This document shows, piece after piece, positions 18,780-27,667 of a stretch of 64,000 nt of DNA. This stretch comes from a virus, in IMG/VR virus record IMGVR_UViG_3300007512_000012, positions 1 through 64,000 of that record. The stretch is one strand, 5' to 3'. Position 1 is the stretch's first letter. The number at the start of each line of letters is the position of its first letter. A model generated the notes under the pieces. It searched no databases and was not told the DNA's origin. It saw nothing but the letters and a program-made list of their open reading frames with translations. The position numbers and the translations under genes are program-made.

Positions 18780-19949
18780 TCAGGGCTTCGGGGGCGACTT
18801 GAACCTTGGGTTCCGCGACCCGCTGGCCTCCTTCGGGGGGTTGAGGACAGGGGCGGCCGAGGGAGTCCTCGCGGCCGGGGTGCCCAAGTCCTGCACGGGC
18901 ATCTCGAACACCGGGGCTCCGTCGATCTCCCCTCGCTGCGTGGCCTTCGCCGAGGCCGCCAGGGCTCCGACCTCCTCCTCCGCCTCTCGGGCGTCCAGGT
19001 GGGGCGCTCGGCGCACCTGCGGGTGGACCCCCTGCAAGGCCGACCCCTGGTCCACCGGCTGCTGCCCGGCGGCAGATCGCCGACGCATCTCCAGCAGGCG
19101 GTTGTGCTCGGCGTCCAGGGCCGCGTCCAGGTTGTCGTCGTCGTCCATGTTGATGAACGACGAGTCCGCCGGGGGCGTGGCGGGCCGCGTCTGTGCCGGG
19201 GCGGGCCGTGCAGGCCGGGGCTGCCGCTCCGGCGGGGGCGGGGCCGACGACGGGCTGATGGGGCCGGTGCGGCGAGCTGCGGCCGGGAGAGCCTGCTCGG
19301 GGTTGATGACCGGCTCGTCCGGGTCCACCTCGGGCTGCGGCGGAGCCTCGGGCTCCTGGTCGTCCGCCTTCGCGAGCGCGGCCACCTTGTCGGAGAACTT
19401 CGCCTGCTCGGCCGCCTTGCTCTGCTCCAACTGCGCCTGAAGGTCTTCCATGCGCTTCTGGAGCCGCTCGATCTCGGCCGGGATGCTGGACGGCTCGTAC
19501 TCGATCTGCTTCTCGGCCTCCGCCTCGGTCTTCGTGACCAGGTCGTTGAACTTGGCGAAGACGGCGGTCAGGGCGGCCCGGCTCCAGCGGGAGAGGAGCT
19601 GCCGCATGGCCTTGTACTTCTGGATCTTGATGGGGACGCCCGTGTCGAGCTTCTCGCCCGTCTCGACGTACTCGACGCCCCGGAAGCTCGTCTCGCCGAC
19701 CGCGATGACCGCGTGGGACAGGCAGCCGATGCGGAAGCGGTCGAGGTAGTCCACGGCCGAGTGCTCGCCCTGGTCGGACTCGTTGAGGGCTCCGGCGGCG
19801 TACTTCTGCGCCTCCACCTCCTCCGAGGGCAGGAGCACCCGGATGGTGATGGTCGTCGAACCAGCGTCGAACGTGAGTTCGCCCTGTCCGATCTCGGCGA
19901 TGGGAGCAAGTGCCTGCTCCAGGGCCTTGAAGTCGATCTGCATCTGCAC
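18780..19949 (-). CDS. Tail assembly chaperone with a Pro-rich disordered C-terminus
   Basis: ITIRVLLPSEEVEAQ...CLSHAVIAVG...LLSRWSRAALTAVFAKFNDL. Directly downstream of the tube gene. Confidence 0.6.
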   Translation of the reverse strand: MQMQIDFKALEQALAPIAEIGQGELTFDAGSTTITIRVLLPSEEVEAQKYAAGALNESDQGEHSAVDYLDRFRIGCLSHAVIAVGETSFRGVEYVETGEKLDTGVPIKIQKYKAMRQLLSRWSRAALTAVFAKFNDLVTKTEAEAEKQIEYEPSSIPAEIERLQKRMEDLQAQLEQSKAAEQAKFSDKVAALAKADDQEPEAPPQPEVDPDEPVINPEQALPAAARRTGPISPSSAPPPPERQPRPARPAPAQTRPATPPADSSFINMDDDDNLDAALDAEHNRLLEMRRRSAAGQQPVDQGSALQGVHPQVRRAPHLDAREAEEEVGALAASAKATQRGEIDGAPVFEMPVQDLGTPAARTPSAAPVLNPPKEASGSRNPRFKSPPKP

Positions 19950-20208
19950 GTTCCCCTACTGGTCGGGAAACAGCAGTGGCGGCGCTGGACAGGTCAAGCG
20001 GTCGTGATCAGGCCGTATCCGTCGTCAGCACATCGAGCCATCCCGCTGGGGGAGGAGTACAGAGCAAGCAGAGGGTCGTCACATTCGTCGAGTAGTCCGT
20101 CGCGGGCCACCGGCTGTTTCCGTGGTCACATGAACCATCGCCCCCACATGGGGACGAGGCAGTCGTCTACATCCTACCCAGCCCGGCTACTGCTTCCGGG
20201 CGGCTCGG
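19950..20208 (-). ncRNA. Candidate structured RNA leader between tail tube and tail chaperone genes
   Basis: A 259-nt gap in an otherwise overlapping operon. Long-range inverted repeat GGAAACAGC (19966-19974)/GCTGTTTCC (20113-20121), extended by GTGGC/GCCAC, plus several local hairpins. Confidence 0.45.
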
Positions 20209-21075
20209 TCAGCTCACGAAGGGCGAGATCGGGCTGCCGCCCGTGATGTCGCCGCCCGTCTGCGCGACCTGGAAGTTCGGGTCGGACTCGCCGAAGCGGA
20301 TGGAGCCGAGCTGCCCGATGGTCGGGTCGTTGCCGGTGGCGAGGAACTCGCCGTACATGGAGGCGAAGTCGTGAACGTCGCTGACGGTCACGTCGCCGGA
20401 CTCCATGATCATCCCGCTGTCCTTGGCGAAGGTCGCGGACCAGGACGTGAACCAGCACGCCTCGTAGATGGTGATGATGGCGCTGTGGCCTCGGGCGTTC
20501 TTCGGGGCCTTGCCCGCTCCGCCGCTGCCGGTCCCCGTCGCCGGGTTCCCCGCCGGGCCGAAGTCGTTGGTGACCTCGGGGTACTCGATGCGAGCGACGC
20601 CGCCGTCGAAGGAGCCCGCGTCGCCGCTGTGCCCGGTGTTCGCCTGGCCGAGGTCGATGTCCGCCAGGCTGGAGAACACGAGCTGCTGCTCGATGTCGAA
20701 GGGCCAGCGGTGGTGGGCCAGCGAGCGCACGGGGCCGTCCACGCCGGAGGCGTAGCCCGTCGCCTGCCAGAGGTTGCACAGGTAGAGCAGCGCCCGCTCG
20801 AACGAGCCGGTCGTCGGCTCGGTCACGCTCGGGACCAGCTCGGCGACCTGGTCGCCGAAGCCGATGCCGCGCACCGGCTCGACCGTGCGGCTCTGCGACG
20901 GGTTGAAGCTGGAGACGACGCCCATCTGGTGCATCGCTGCCGCCGACCCGTAGTGCGGCGTCAGCAGACGAACCTTCTGGCTCACCGCCGTCCTGGTGTT
21001 GGGGCTCGTCCCGAAGTTGTAGAGGTACGAGCTGCCGCCCAGGCCGTTCGCGGGGCCGTTGTCCATGTTCGCCAT
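20209..21075 (-). CDS. Tail tube protein (T4 gp19-like fold)
   Basis: MGVVSSFNPSQSRTVEPVRGIG...ELVPS...FERALLYL...PFDIEQ...YEACWFTSWSATF...MESGDVTVSD is a myovirus tube pattern. GGAGG RBS present. Confidence 0.8.
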   Translation of the reverse strand: MANMDNGPANGLGGSSYLYNFGTSPNTRTAVSQKVRLLTPHYGSAAAMHQMGVVSSFNPSQSRTVEPVRGIGFGDQVAELVPSVTEPTTGSFERALLYLCNLWQATGYASGVDGPVRSLAHHRWPFDIEQQLVFSSLADIDLGQANTGHSGDAGSFDGGVARIEYPEVTNDFGPAGNPATGTGSGGAGKAPKNARGHSAIITIYEACWFTSWSATFAKDSGMIMESGDVTVSDVHDFASMYGEFLATGNDPTIGQLGSIRFGESDPNFQVAQTGGDITGGSPISPFVS

Positions 21076-21112
21076 GAGAGGTCCTCCGTGCGGGCGATCA
21101 ATGCCGTCTCGC

Positions 21113-21132
21113 TCACTACCTGCGGCGTATAG
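21113..21132 (-). promoter_or_regulatory. Putative late promoter (CTAT-N12-GTGA) upstream of tail tube
   Basis: Variant of the motif found before seven structural transcription units. Confidence 0.5.
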
Positions 21133-21152
21133 AAGCCCTAGCGAAAACGAAA

Positions 21153-21557
21153 ATGGACTTGATTTTGGGGGCGAAGTACGCTGGTCAGGTGAACAAGCGG
21201 CTCACCAGCGACCAGGCACAGGCCATCATCGACCGGGCAGCCGAGGGCGAGCTTCAGAAGGATCTGGCCGCCGAGTTCGGTGTCAGCCCGAGCGCGATCT
21301 CGAACATCGTCAAGGGGAAGGCCTGGCCGGATCTCGACCGGCCCGACCCACCTGCGGTTCGAGTTCGAGGGGCGAAGCTCAAGGCCGAGGACATCCCCAC
21401 CATCCTCGCCCGCCTGGCGACCGAGAAGCCCTCCTCCGTGGCTCGGGACTACGGGGTCACCCGCCAGGCCATCGCCGACATCGGCCGGGGGAAGACCTGG
21501 TCACACATCCCACGGCCGGAGCCGACCCGCCGTCGCCGGAAGGTGTGGGAGAGCTAG
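21153..21557 (+). CDS. Tandem-HTH DNA-binding protein (HNH-endonuclease-type C-terminal HTH, two copies)
   Basis: Two repeats: LAAEFGVSPSAISNIVKGKAW and VARDYGVTRQAIADIGRGKTW. Confidence 0.7.
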   Translation: MDLILGAKYAGQVNKRLTSDQAQAIIDRAAEGELQKDLAAEFGVSPSAISNIVKGKAWPDLDRPDPPAVRVRGAKLKAEDIPTILARLATEKPSSVARDYGVTRQAIADIGRGKTWSHIPRPEPTRRRRKVWES

Positions 21558-22003
21558 TAGGCGTTCAGCTTCCAGATGCGCTCGAACTCCTTCTGGAACG
21601 CCCGCACGGCGTACTTCAGCCGGATGATCACGAAGTTCTCGGCGTTGTGCTTGTCCGCGTTCTTCGACCAGTTGAACGAGCCGGTGATCACGGCGGAGGA
21701 GTCGCCGATGCACACCTTGTGGTGCATCGCCCCGGCCTGCGTGTCCTTGCGGACATCGACGCCCATCACCTTGAGCTTCTCGTCGTCCGACCCCTTGTTC
21801 GTGGACATGAGGTGGTCGGTGATGACGCGGACCTTCACCCCGCGCTTGTGCGCTCGGGCGATGGCCTCGGCGATCTCGTCGTGCGTGATGGCGTAGACCG
21901 CGATGTCCAGGGTGGATTCGCAGTGGTCGATGAAGCCGATGATCTGGTCGGCAGCCCCCTGGCGGGGGGAGAAGTACGTCGAGACGTGGGGCCTGCGGGC
22001 CAT
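21554..22003 (-). CDS. Phospholipase D-family nuclease (Nuc/Zucchini-like, single HKD motif)
   Basis: YFSP...LDIAVY...MHHKVCIGD...ITGSFNWS...NAEN. Confidence 0.9.
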   Translation of the reverse strand: MARRPHVSTYFSPRQGAADQIIGFIDHCESTLDIAVYAITHDEIAEAIARAHKRGVKVRVITDHLMSTNKGSDDEKLKVMGVDVRKDTQAGAMHHKVCIGDSSAVITGSFNWSKNADKHNAENFVIIRLKYAVRAFQKEFERIWKLNAY

Positions 22004-22009
22004 GAGGAA

Positions 22010-22051
22010 CCTCCTGCGGGGATTGGGATCTTGACCCTACCCCGCAGGAGG
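22010..22051 (-). promoter_or_regulatory. 12-bp stem hairpin occluding the Shine-Dalgarno site of the PLD nuclease gene
   Basis: CCTCCTGCGGGG (22010-22021) and CCCCGCAGGAGG (22040-22051) form a perfect inverted repeat. On the minus-strand mRNA the 3' arm contains GGAGG 6 nt before the ATG. Confidence 0.6.
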
Positions 22052-22061
22052 CTCCAGCTCG

Positions 22062-23968
22062 TCAGATGGACGCGCGGATGGTCGGCCAGGGGTCGTCGGA
22101 GGCGAACAGGGCCTCGTAGTCGGCCTGCTTGCCCTTGAGCCGCTCGGGCTTCCGGGCCGCCAGGATGGCCTTGCGGACCGCGACCGACTGGCCGTTGACC
22201 GCCTCCTTGTTGGCGGCGAGGAAGTTCGCCATCCGGTCGAGGTGCTGCTCGTAGACGCCGGGCATCTCCTTCGCCGCCGCCGCGACCACCAGCATCAGGA
22301 TGGTGGTGTTGAGCACCCGCTCCTCGATGGTGTCGCCGATGACGCCGCCGTCCGCCGCGAGCCCCGCCACGTCCACCAGCAGGTTGCCGCTGAAGGTGAA
22401 GGACAGGTCGAAGTCGTCCACCGAGGAGGCGAAGGCCGACACCGCCGCCACGGGGATCGCCTCGTGCTCCCGGTTCAGGTCCCCGCCGAACGACAGGCTG
22501 CGGGAGCCGCCGCCCTTCATCATGCTGCCGCCGCGCGTCGTCTCGAAGCTGCCGAAGCCCAGGGAGGCGTCCGCCGACATCGAGTACATGGCCGCCGAGG
22601 GGCGGCTCCGGGTGACGCTCCGGCGGATGCCCCGCGAGGCGAAGCCGCCCGCCACGGGAGCCGTCTGGCCGAGGATCGAGGCGTAGTTGACCGACACCGG
22701 GAAGACGCCCGCCGGGTCCTGCCCCTCGGGGGTGCCGACCGAGACGACCTTCTGCTCGGGCGTGATGCCCGCCTGGTCGCCGATGCGCTCGACGACCGTG
22801 ACCAGGCTCATCACCCGGCTGGCGAGGCCGAAGCCCTCGGAGACCGCGACCATCTTCTGCTCGACGCGGTCGCGGGTCGGGGTGCCCGCCCCGGCCATGT
22901 CCATCTTCGAGGAGAGGTCACGTCGAACTTCACCGAGTCCGAGCCGAAGTGGACGATGCCGAACTCGTCGTCCGGCTGGAGGACCGACAGGCAGGCCAGG
23001 AGCGCCTGCTTCGCCTTCTCGATGGGCGCACCGTGCATCGAGCCGGAGCGGTCGATCAGGAAGCACACCCGGCGGGGCTGCCGCTTCACCTTCGGGAAGG
23101 CGGAGGAGGGCAGGAAGGCGGTCCAGCGGGCCGCGTCCTTGGGCACCACCGGCTCGTCACCCGTCGCCGTGGCCCCGAGCAGGGTCGCGTCGCCGAAGAT
23201 GAGCGCCTGCGCCTCGGGCACCTCCACGTCGATCACCAGGTCGCGGTTCGGCGTGTCGTTCATCCCGGCGAGGCTCACCAGCTTGCTGCCGTCCGCCTGC
23301 GGAGCGACCTTGATGCGGTGGCTCGGGGAGGAGACGGTCGCCAGGTCGGTGCCGCCGAAGCACGTCAGGTTGAAGGTCACCTCGTGCAGCCCGAAGCCGC
23401 TGTTCTTCCACTCGGGCAGCACCAGGTCGCCGAAGATGTCCGAGGGCAGCTCGATGGAGCCCCCGTCCTCGGACGCCGACGCCTTCGCCTGCGGGTGGTA
23501 GTTGGGGGCCAGGGTGAAGGGGTAGCGGAAGCGGAAGCCCTTGTCCTTGGTGTCCACGCCGACGACCACGTCCATGATGACGCTGATCTCCTCGTCGGGC
23601 TGCACCTGGCCGACCGTCAGGTTGACCATGCCGTCGATGTTCGTCTCGGCGAGCACCGACAGGTGCCCGGCCGCCACGCCCGTCTCGTACTCCTTGCGGG
23701 CCTTGTCGCGCTTCTCCAGCCGGGACTCCGACTCGAAGTTCTCGCCGATGACCTTGAAGCGGCGGAGCGTGCCGCCGGTCGGGAGCTGCGAGACGTACAC
23801 GGCCTCCATCGGTCGCGTGCCGAGGCACCGGAAGCGGTGGATGACGCGCACGAAGCTGCCGATGGGGTAGACCCGGCCGGTGACTTCGAGGCTCTGCATC
23901 GCCAGGTCGATCTGCTGGCCGGTGCTCGTGTCGATCAGGGTGTTCACTGCGTGGGCGTTCATCTTCAT
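22062..23968 (-). pseudogene. VIT-vWA (inter-alpha-trypsin-inhibitor/VWA5A-like) gene disrupted by an internal deletion and frameshift near 22920
   Basis: N-terminal VIT domain (EAVYVSQLP...ARKEYE...NLTVGQVQP) and the vWA start (FLIDRSGSMHG...FGIVHFGS) are in one frame. The typical C-terminal motif (MVAVSEGFGLASRVMSLVTVVER) continues in another frame. The rest of the vWA domain is missing. Confidence 0.7.
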
Positions 23969-24375
23969 GCTCCCTCGGACGAATCCGGGCTCTCGTTGGG
24001 GTCCTGAACCGCTCGGACGAACGAGATCAGGGCGCGGTCGATCTTGTGCCTCCGCCAGGGCGGGACATCCGAGCGCACCATCACGGCCACGTCGGGCGTG
24101 GGCTGGATGATGAGCCAGGGCTGCGGAACGGGCAGGCTCGGGTCCAGCTCGCCACGCTCTTCCATCTGGACCCGGATGTGGTCGAGCGTCAGCCCGGCCT
24201 CCTTCAGCTCCTTGACGGTGTTGAGGGCGTCGAGGTGAACCCGGCCGTAGGTCGCGTCGCGACCCGCCTTGAGCGGCGGCGGCAGTAGCTTCTTGCTGAT
24301 GTAGTGGCGAATGGTCCGGGCACTGAAGCCCGTCCGGTCTGCCAACTCCAACAGCGTGTAGGTCTCTCCACTCAT
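23965..24375 (-). CDS. MerR-family HTH regulator (136 aa)
   Basis: YTLLELADRTGFSARTIRHYISKKLLPPP...YGRVHL...LKEAGLTLDHI. Stop overlaps the VIT gene start (ATGA). Confidence 0.85.
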   Translation of the reverse strand: MSGETYTLLELADRTGFSARTIRHYISKKLLPPPLKAGRDATYGRVHLDALNTVKELKEAGLTLDHIRVQMEERGELDPSLPVPQPWLIIQPTPDVAVMVRSDVPPWRRHKIDRALISFVRAVQDPNESPDSSEGA

Positions 24376-24382
24376 GCGGAGG

Positions 24383-24411
24383 AAGCTACGGCAAGAATCC
24401 GACAGTGTCAA
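24383..24411 (-). promoter_or_regulatory. Sigma70-type promoter TTGACA-N17-TAGCTT, probably a leaderless merR mRNA
   Basis: Perfect -35 box. The -10 box lies 7 nt upstream of ATG 24375 and there is no SD. Confidence 0.6.
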
Positions 24412-24489
24412 GTGGGTGTCGCGTTTTCTGTGGGGGTCCACCCCGAGCCCCAGCGGGTAGGCGGGCTGAACGCCGAACGGAGACACGAC

Positions 24490-25548
24490 ATGGCCGTCAA
24501 CGCCCGCACCTTCCAGATCCTCTACATCGTCCGGCAGCGGGCGGTCGCCGACCAGACCACCAGCTCCGGCGAGATCAGCGAGTTCATCGCCGACCGCCGG
24601 AAGTCCGCCCCCGAGTCCTACGGCAAGGCGTACATCGCCCCCTCGGCCCTCACGCAGATGCTCCAGCGGATGACCACCGTGGAGCACCTGCTGACGGTGG
24701 ACGACGGGGTCTACGAGTTCACGCCGCAGGGGTCGCAGATGGCGGACCTCCTGGTGGACGTGGACGCCTGCTCGGACCTGTTCATCGACTCCTACAAGGA
24801 GGCGGTCTGCCTCGCGGTGCTCCAGCAGCGGCAGCGGCTCGGGCAGCCCCCGGCCAACCCCCGTGAGGTGGCCGCCATCGCGAACATCTCGCTGGACTCC
24901 GCCCGTCGCGGCCTGACCGCCCTCGCCGAGCACGACAAGATCGTCGAGGACCGCTCGTCCCGCACGCCGGTCTACGCCATGCCGGACCCCCCGGCCCCGC
25001 CCGTCCTGGTCCCCGACCCCGAGGACGAGGTGCCCGGAGCCCCCGGCATCACGGAGGCGGACATCGAGAACGCGGCCCGCCTACCGGACGCGGTGGCCCC
25101 GGACGAGATCGCCGCCGCCCTGGCGGGCATCGACGAGGACGACGACGACTGGCTCAACAAGCAGCCTGCGGACACGACCGACATGGGGGACGAGCTGCCC
25201 CTGCTCCCCGTGGACCTCGGCAAGGTGCTGGGGGATGACGACGAAGAGGAGGGGGACGACGAGCCCGTGCCCGATGCCGACCCCTTCCAGTTCGTGCCGC
25301 CGCGTGCGGAGGATGAGCCAGAAGAAGAGGAAGAAGGCGACACGAAGGCCGACCCCTACGACTGGAACGCGGTCTCAGATGCGGTTCGGGAAGGGGTCCT
25401 CATCCAGGCCAAGGCTACCGGGATGTCCCTGAACGAGTTCCTCGACACCCTGAACCGGCTGCACGAGGCCAAGGTCCGCGAGGCCCTGTTCGAGGGCTTC
25501 GACCGCGCGGACCTCACCCTCCAGTTGTGCTGTCCCGAAGGCTGCTAG
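24490..25548 (+). CDS. Putative winged-helix DNA-binding protein with a highly acidic C-terminal region (352 aa)
   Basis: Two wHTH-like segments (TTSSGEISEF...YEFTPQG; REVAAIANISLDSARRGLTALAEHDKI) and D/E-rich tracts. ATG 24490 follows GGAG. Confidence 0.6.
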   Translation: MAVNARTFQILYIVRQRAVADQTTSSGEISEFIADRRKSAPESYGKAYIAPSALTQMLQRMTTVEHLLTVDDGVYEFTPQGSQMADLLVDVDACSDLFIDSYKEAVCLAVLQQRQRLGQPPANPREVAAIANISLDSARRGLTALAEHDKIVEDRSSRTPVYAMPDPPAPPVLVPDPEDEVPGAPGITEADIENAARLPDAVAPDEIAAALAGIDEDDDDWLNKQPADTTDMGDELPLLPVDLGKVLGDDDEEEGDDEPVPDADPFQFVPPRAEDEPEEEEEGDTKADPYDWNAVSDAVREGVLIQAKATGMSLNEFLDTLNRLHEAKVREALFEGFDRADLTLQLCCPEGC

Positions 25549-26654
25549 TGGCCGTAGGCTCCGCCCGTCTGTGACTTGGGCTTGCCGTCCCACTTGTAGG
25601 CGGAGGCGTAGCTGTTCAGGTTGACGTAGGCCCGCCCCTGGTACTCCTTGAGCTTCTTGCGAAGCTCCGGCCCCGCCATCGAGTTCGGGATGGGCATCAC
25701 CTTCTCCTGCGGCTGCCCCTTCCCACCGACGATCTTCTTCTGGATCTTCTTGAGCTTCACCATCGTCCGGGTCGTGCCCGTCACCTGATAGAAGTCGATG
25801 TTCGTCTGGTCGTAGCCCCAGGACGAGTAGAAGATGTCGCCGACGATGACGGCTGAAGCCTGCTTCTGCGAGGCCAGCCGGTAGTTCTTGACGATGGCCC
25901 CCATACCGCCGTGGCTGAGGCTGATGTAGCCGCCCTCCCGCTTGAACAGGATGAACTTCGCCCCGCCCTTGTGCGGCTTGCCGTCGATGATGGGGAACAG
26001 GCGGATGGAGTACACGTCGTACTTCTTCGAGTAGGTCTTGCGGCCCACCTCGAACTCGGCCATCCCGTCGTCGTTCGTGAAGACGTAGCTCGTGGACAGG
26101 CCGAACCAGATCCGCTGGCGAGGACGCAGCGAGTCGTACTCGCGCTCCGACAGCATCGCCGCCTGCTTCGAGGCAGCCAGGCGGACAAGACGCGGGGTCT
26201 TGCTGCCGCCGAACCGCTGGAAGTCGTACTCCTCCGCGATCAGCTTGCCGTAGCGGCCGAAGTTGACGAGCACGGTGTCGCCGTCGTAGGCCCCCATCCC
26301 CATCTGGTCGAGCAGCCCGGCAGAGGGCATCCCCGCCTCGACCACTTCGAGGACCGTGCCGATGGTCCCGGCAGGCACCTTCACGCTGCTGCCATTCTCC
26401 TTGTCGAACGGCGTGTCCACCGTGACTTTGACCTTCTGCCCTCTGCGGGGCAGGCCTCGGGCCTCTTTGTCGAAGGGCACGCCCGCCTGACGGCAGAGGT
26501 GCGCCTGGGCCACCCGGTCGATGTGCCGCATGATGTGCTCGGGCACGTACCGGGGCATCTCGCCCTCGGCCGCCAGCACCGGGACGAGCATCGGCCGCAG
26601 CTCGGGCACCTCGTTCGCCAGCTTCTTGAGTTCCTGTCGCAAGGGCGTCGTCAT
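25545..26654 (-). CDS. Modular hypothetical protein, probable internal head/cargo protein
   Basis: N-terminal LRQELKKLANEVPELRPMLVPVL. Domains are separated by RLAASKQAA and RLASQKQAS linkers, with a C-terminal GDIFYSSWGYDQTNIDFYQV domain. It has its own late-type promoter motif. Confidence 0.6.
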   Translation of the reverse strand: MTTPLRQELKKLANEVPELRPMLVPVLAAEGEMPRYVPEHIMRHIDRVAQAHLCRQAGVPFDKEARGLPRRGQKVKVTVDTPFDKENGSSVKVPAGTIGTVLEVVEAGMPSAGLLDQMGMGAYDGDTVLVNFGRYGKLIAEEYDFQRFGGSKTPRLVRLAASKQAAMLSEREYDSLRPRQRIWFGLSTSYVFTNDDGMAEFEVGRKTYSKKYDVYSIRLFPIIDGKPHKGGAKFILFKREGGYISLSHGGMGAIVKNYRLASQKQASAVIVGDIFYSSWGYDQTNIDFYQVTGTTRTMVKLKKIQKKIVGGKGQPQEKVMPIPNSMAGPELRKKLKEYQGRAYVNLNSYASAYKWDGKPKSQTGGAYGH

Positions 26655-26672
26655 CGAGGGCCTCCACTGGTC

Positions 26673-26692
26673 CTACCTTCCGGCCCGGATAG
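26673..26692 (-). promoter_or_regulatory. Putative late promoter CTAT-N12-GTAG
   Basis: Recurring motif, 18 nt upstream of ATG 26654. Confidence 0.6.
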
Positions 26693-26705
26693 ACAAAAAA
26701 ACGGG

Positions 26706-26733
26706 GGCTCAACCTGGCCCGGTCGAGGGTGGT
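26706..26733 (+). promoter_or_regulatory. Putative early/middle promoter GGCTCA-N17-GTGGT
   Basis: Recurring motif with exact 17-nt spacing, upstream of 26751. Confidence 0.6.
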
Positions 26734-26750
26734 TGTGGGGAAGGAGGCGT

Positions 26751-27419
26751 ATGCCCGGCAACGAACTATTCGGCGACCTCGCCCTCGAACTCGCGAAGGA
26801 AGACGGCGGCCCGCAGGGCGTCGCCCAGGCCGTGGACTTCGCGCAGAAGTTCGCCGAGGGTCAGATCCCCGACAACGCGGAGTTCCGCAAGGCTCTGGGC
26901 CTGTGGGGCATCGAGGTGCTCGGCGAGGGGCAGGGCATCACCAAGCTCGTCGGCCGCGAGCCGACGATGCGGGTCAAGCTCCCCGAGGGCTGGGTCGCCA
27001 AGCGGCACGGCGGGGGCGGGCACAACGGCCTGTTCGACGACCAGGGCCGCCAGCGGCTCTGGTGGCACATCCACGGGTGGGAGCCGATCTCGTACCGCAC
27101 CAACGCCCGCTACATCATTCGCGAGACCGACGTAGGCCCCAAGCACGCGGTCGCGCAGGTGCTCGACGGCGGCACCCCGGTTCACGCCGTCCCCTTCGAG
27201 TACCCCACGAGCCGCGACGACATCCGCACCTACGGGGACGACGTGCCGACGCGCTACTACCTCGACTGGGACGCCCTCCCCGAGGACCAGCGGGAGTCCC
27301 TCAACAGGGCGAACAACGCCGCCAACCACGAGGCGAAGAACGCGGCCCGAGCCTGGCTCGACGAGAACCGGCCGGGCTGGAGGGACACCGCGAAGTCCTG
27401 GCTGGTGGAAGGCCCCTGA
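26751..27419 (+). CDS. Hypothetical protein (222 aa)
   Basis: AAGGAGG RBS, ATG 26751, strong GC3 bias. Confidence 0.75.
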   Translation: MPGNELFGDLALELAKEDGGPQGVAQAVDFAQKFAEGQIPDNAEFRKALGLWGIEVLGEGQGITKLVGREPTMRVKLPEGWVAKRHGGGGHNGLFDDQGRQRLWWHIHGWEPISYRTNARYIIRETDVGPKHAVAQVLDGGTPVHAVPFEYPTSRDDIRTYGDDVPTRYYLDWDALPEDQRESLNRANNAANHEAKNAARAWLDENRPGWRDTAKSWLVEGP

Positions 27420-27667
27420 TGGAGCAGAAGCACTTCATCGCCGACATCGACGAGATGATCGCCGGGCTGGAGGCCCGACGACAGCGGAACATCGAGGCGG
27501 TGAAGGCGATGGGCCGGGAGTTGACCCCGGCGGAAGACGCCCGGTTCGAGGTGGGCTGGGGGATGCTCACCGACATGATCACCGACCTGACCAAGCTGCG
27601 CGATGGCTGGAGGGACGGCCACCCCATGTACCGCAAGACCGAGAAGATGCTGGAGGCAACCGAATGA
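27419..27667 (+). CDS. Hypothetical protein (82 aa, MEQKHFIAD...)
   Basis: TGATG coupling to the upstream gene and typical codon bias. Confidence 0.7.
   Translation: MEQKHFIADIDEMIAGLEARRQRNIEAVKAMGRELTPAEDARFEVGWGMLTDMITDLTKLRDGWRDGHPMYRKTEKMLEATE

Noticed and set aside
17575-19949. Programmed frameshift between the tail chaperone genes (lambda G/GT type)
   Set aside because: No slippery heptamer is evident. The second gene has its own GAGG RBS and ATG and resembles a full paralog.
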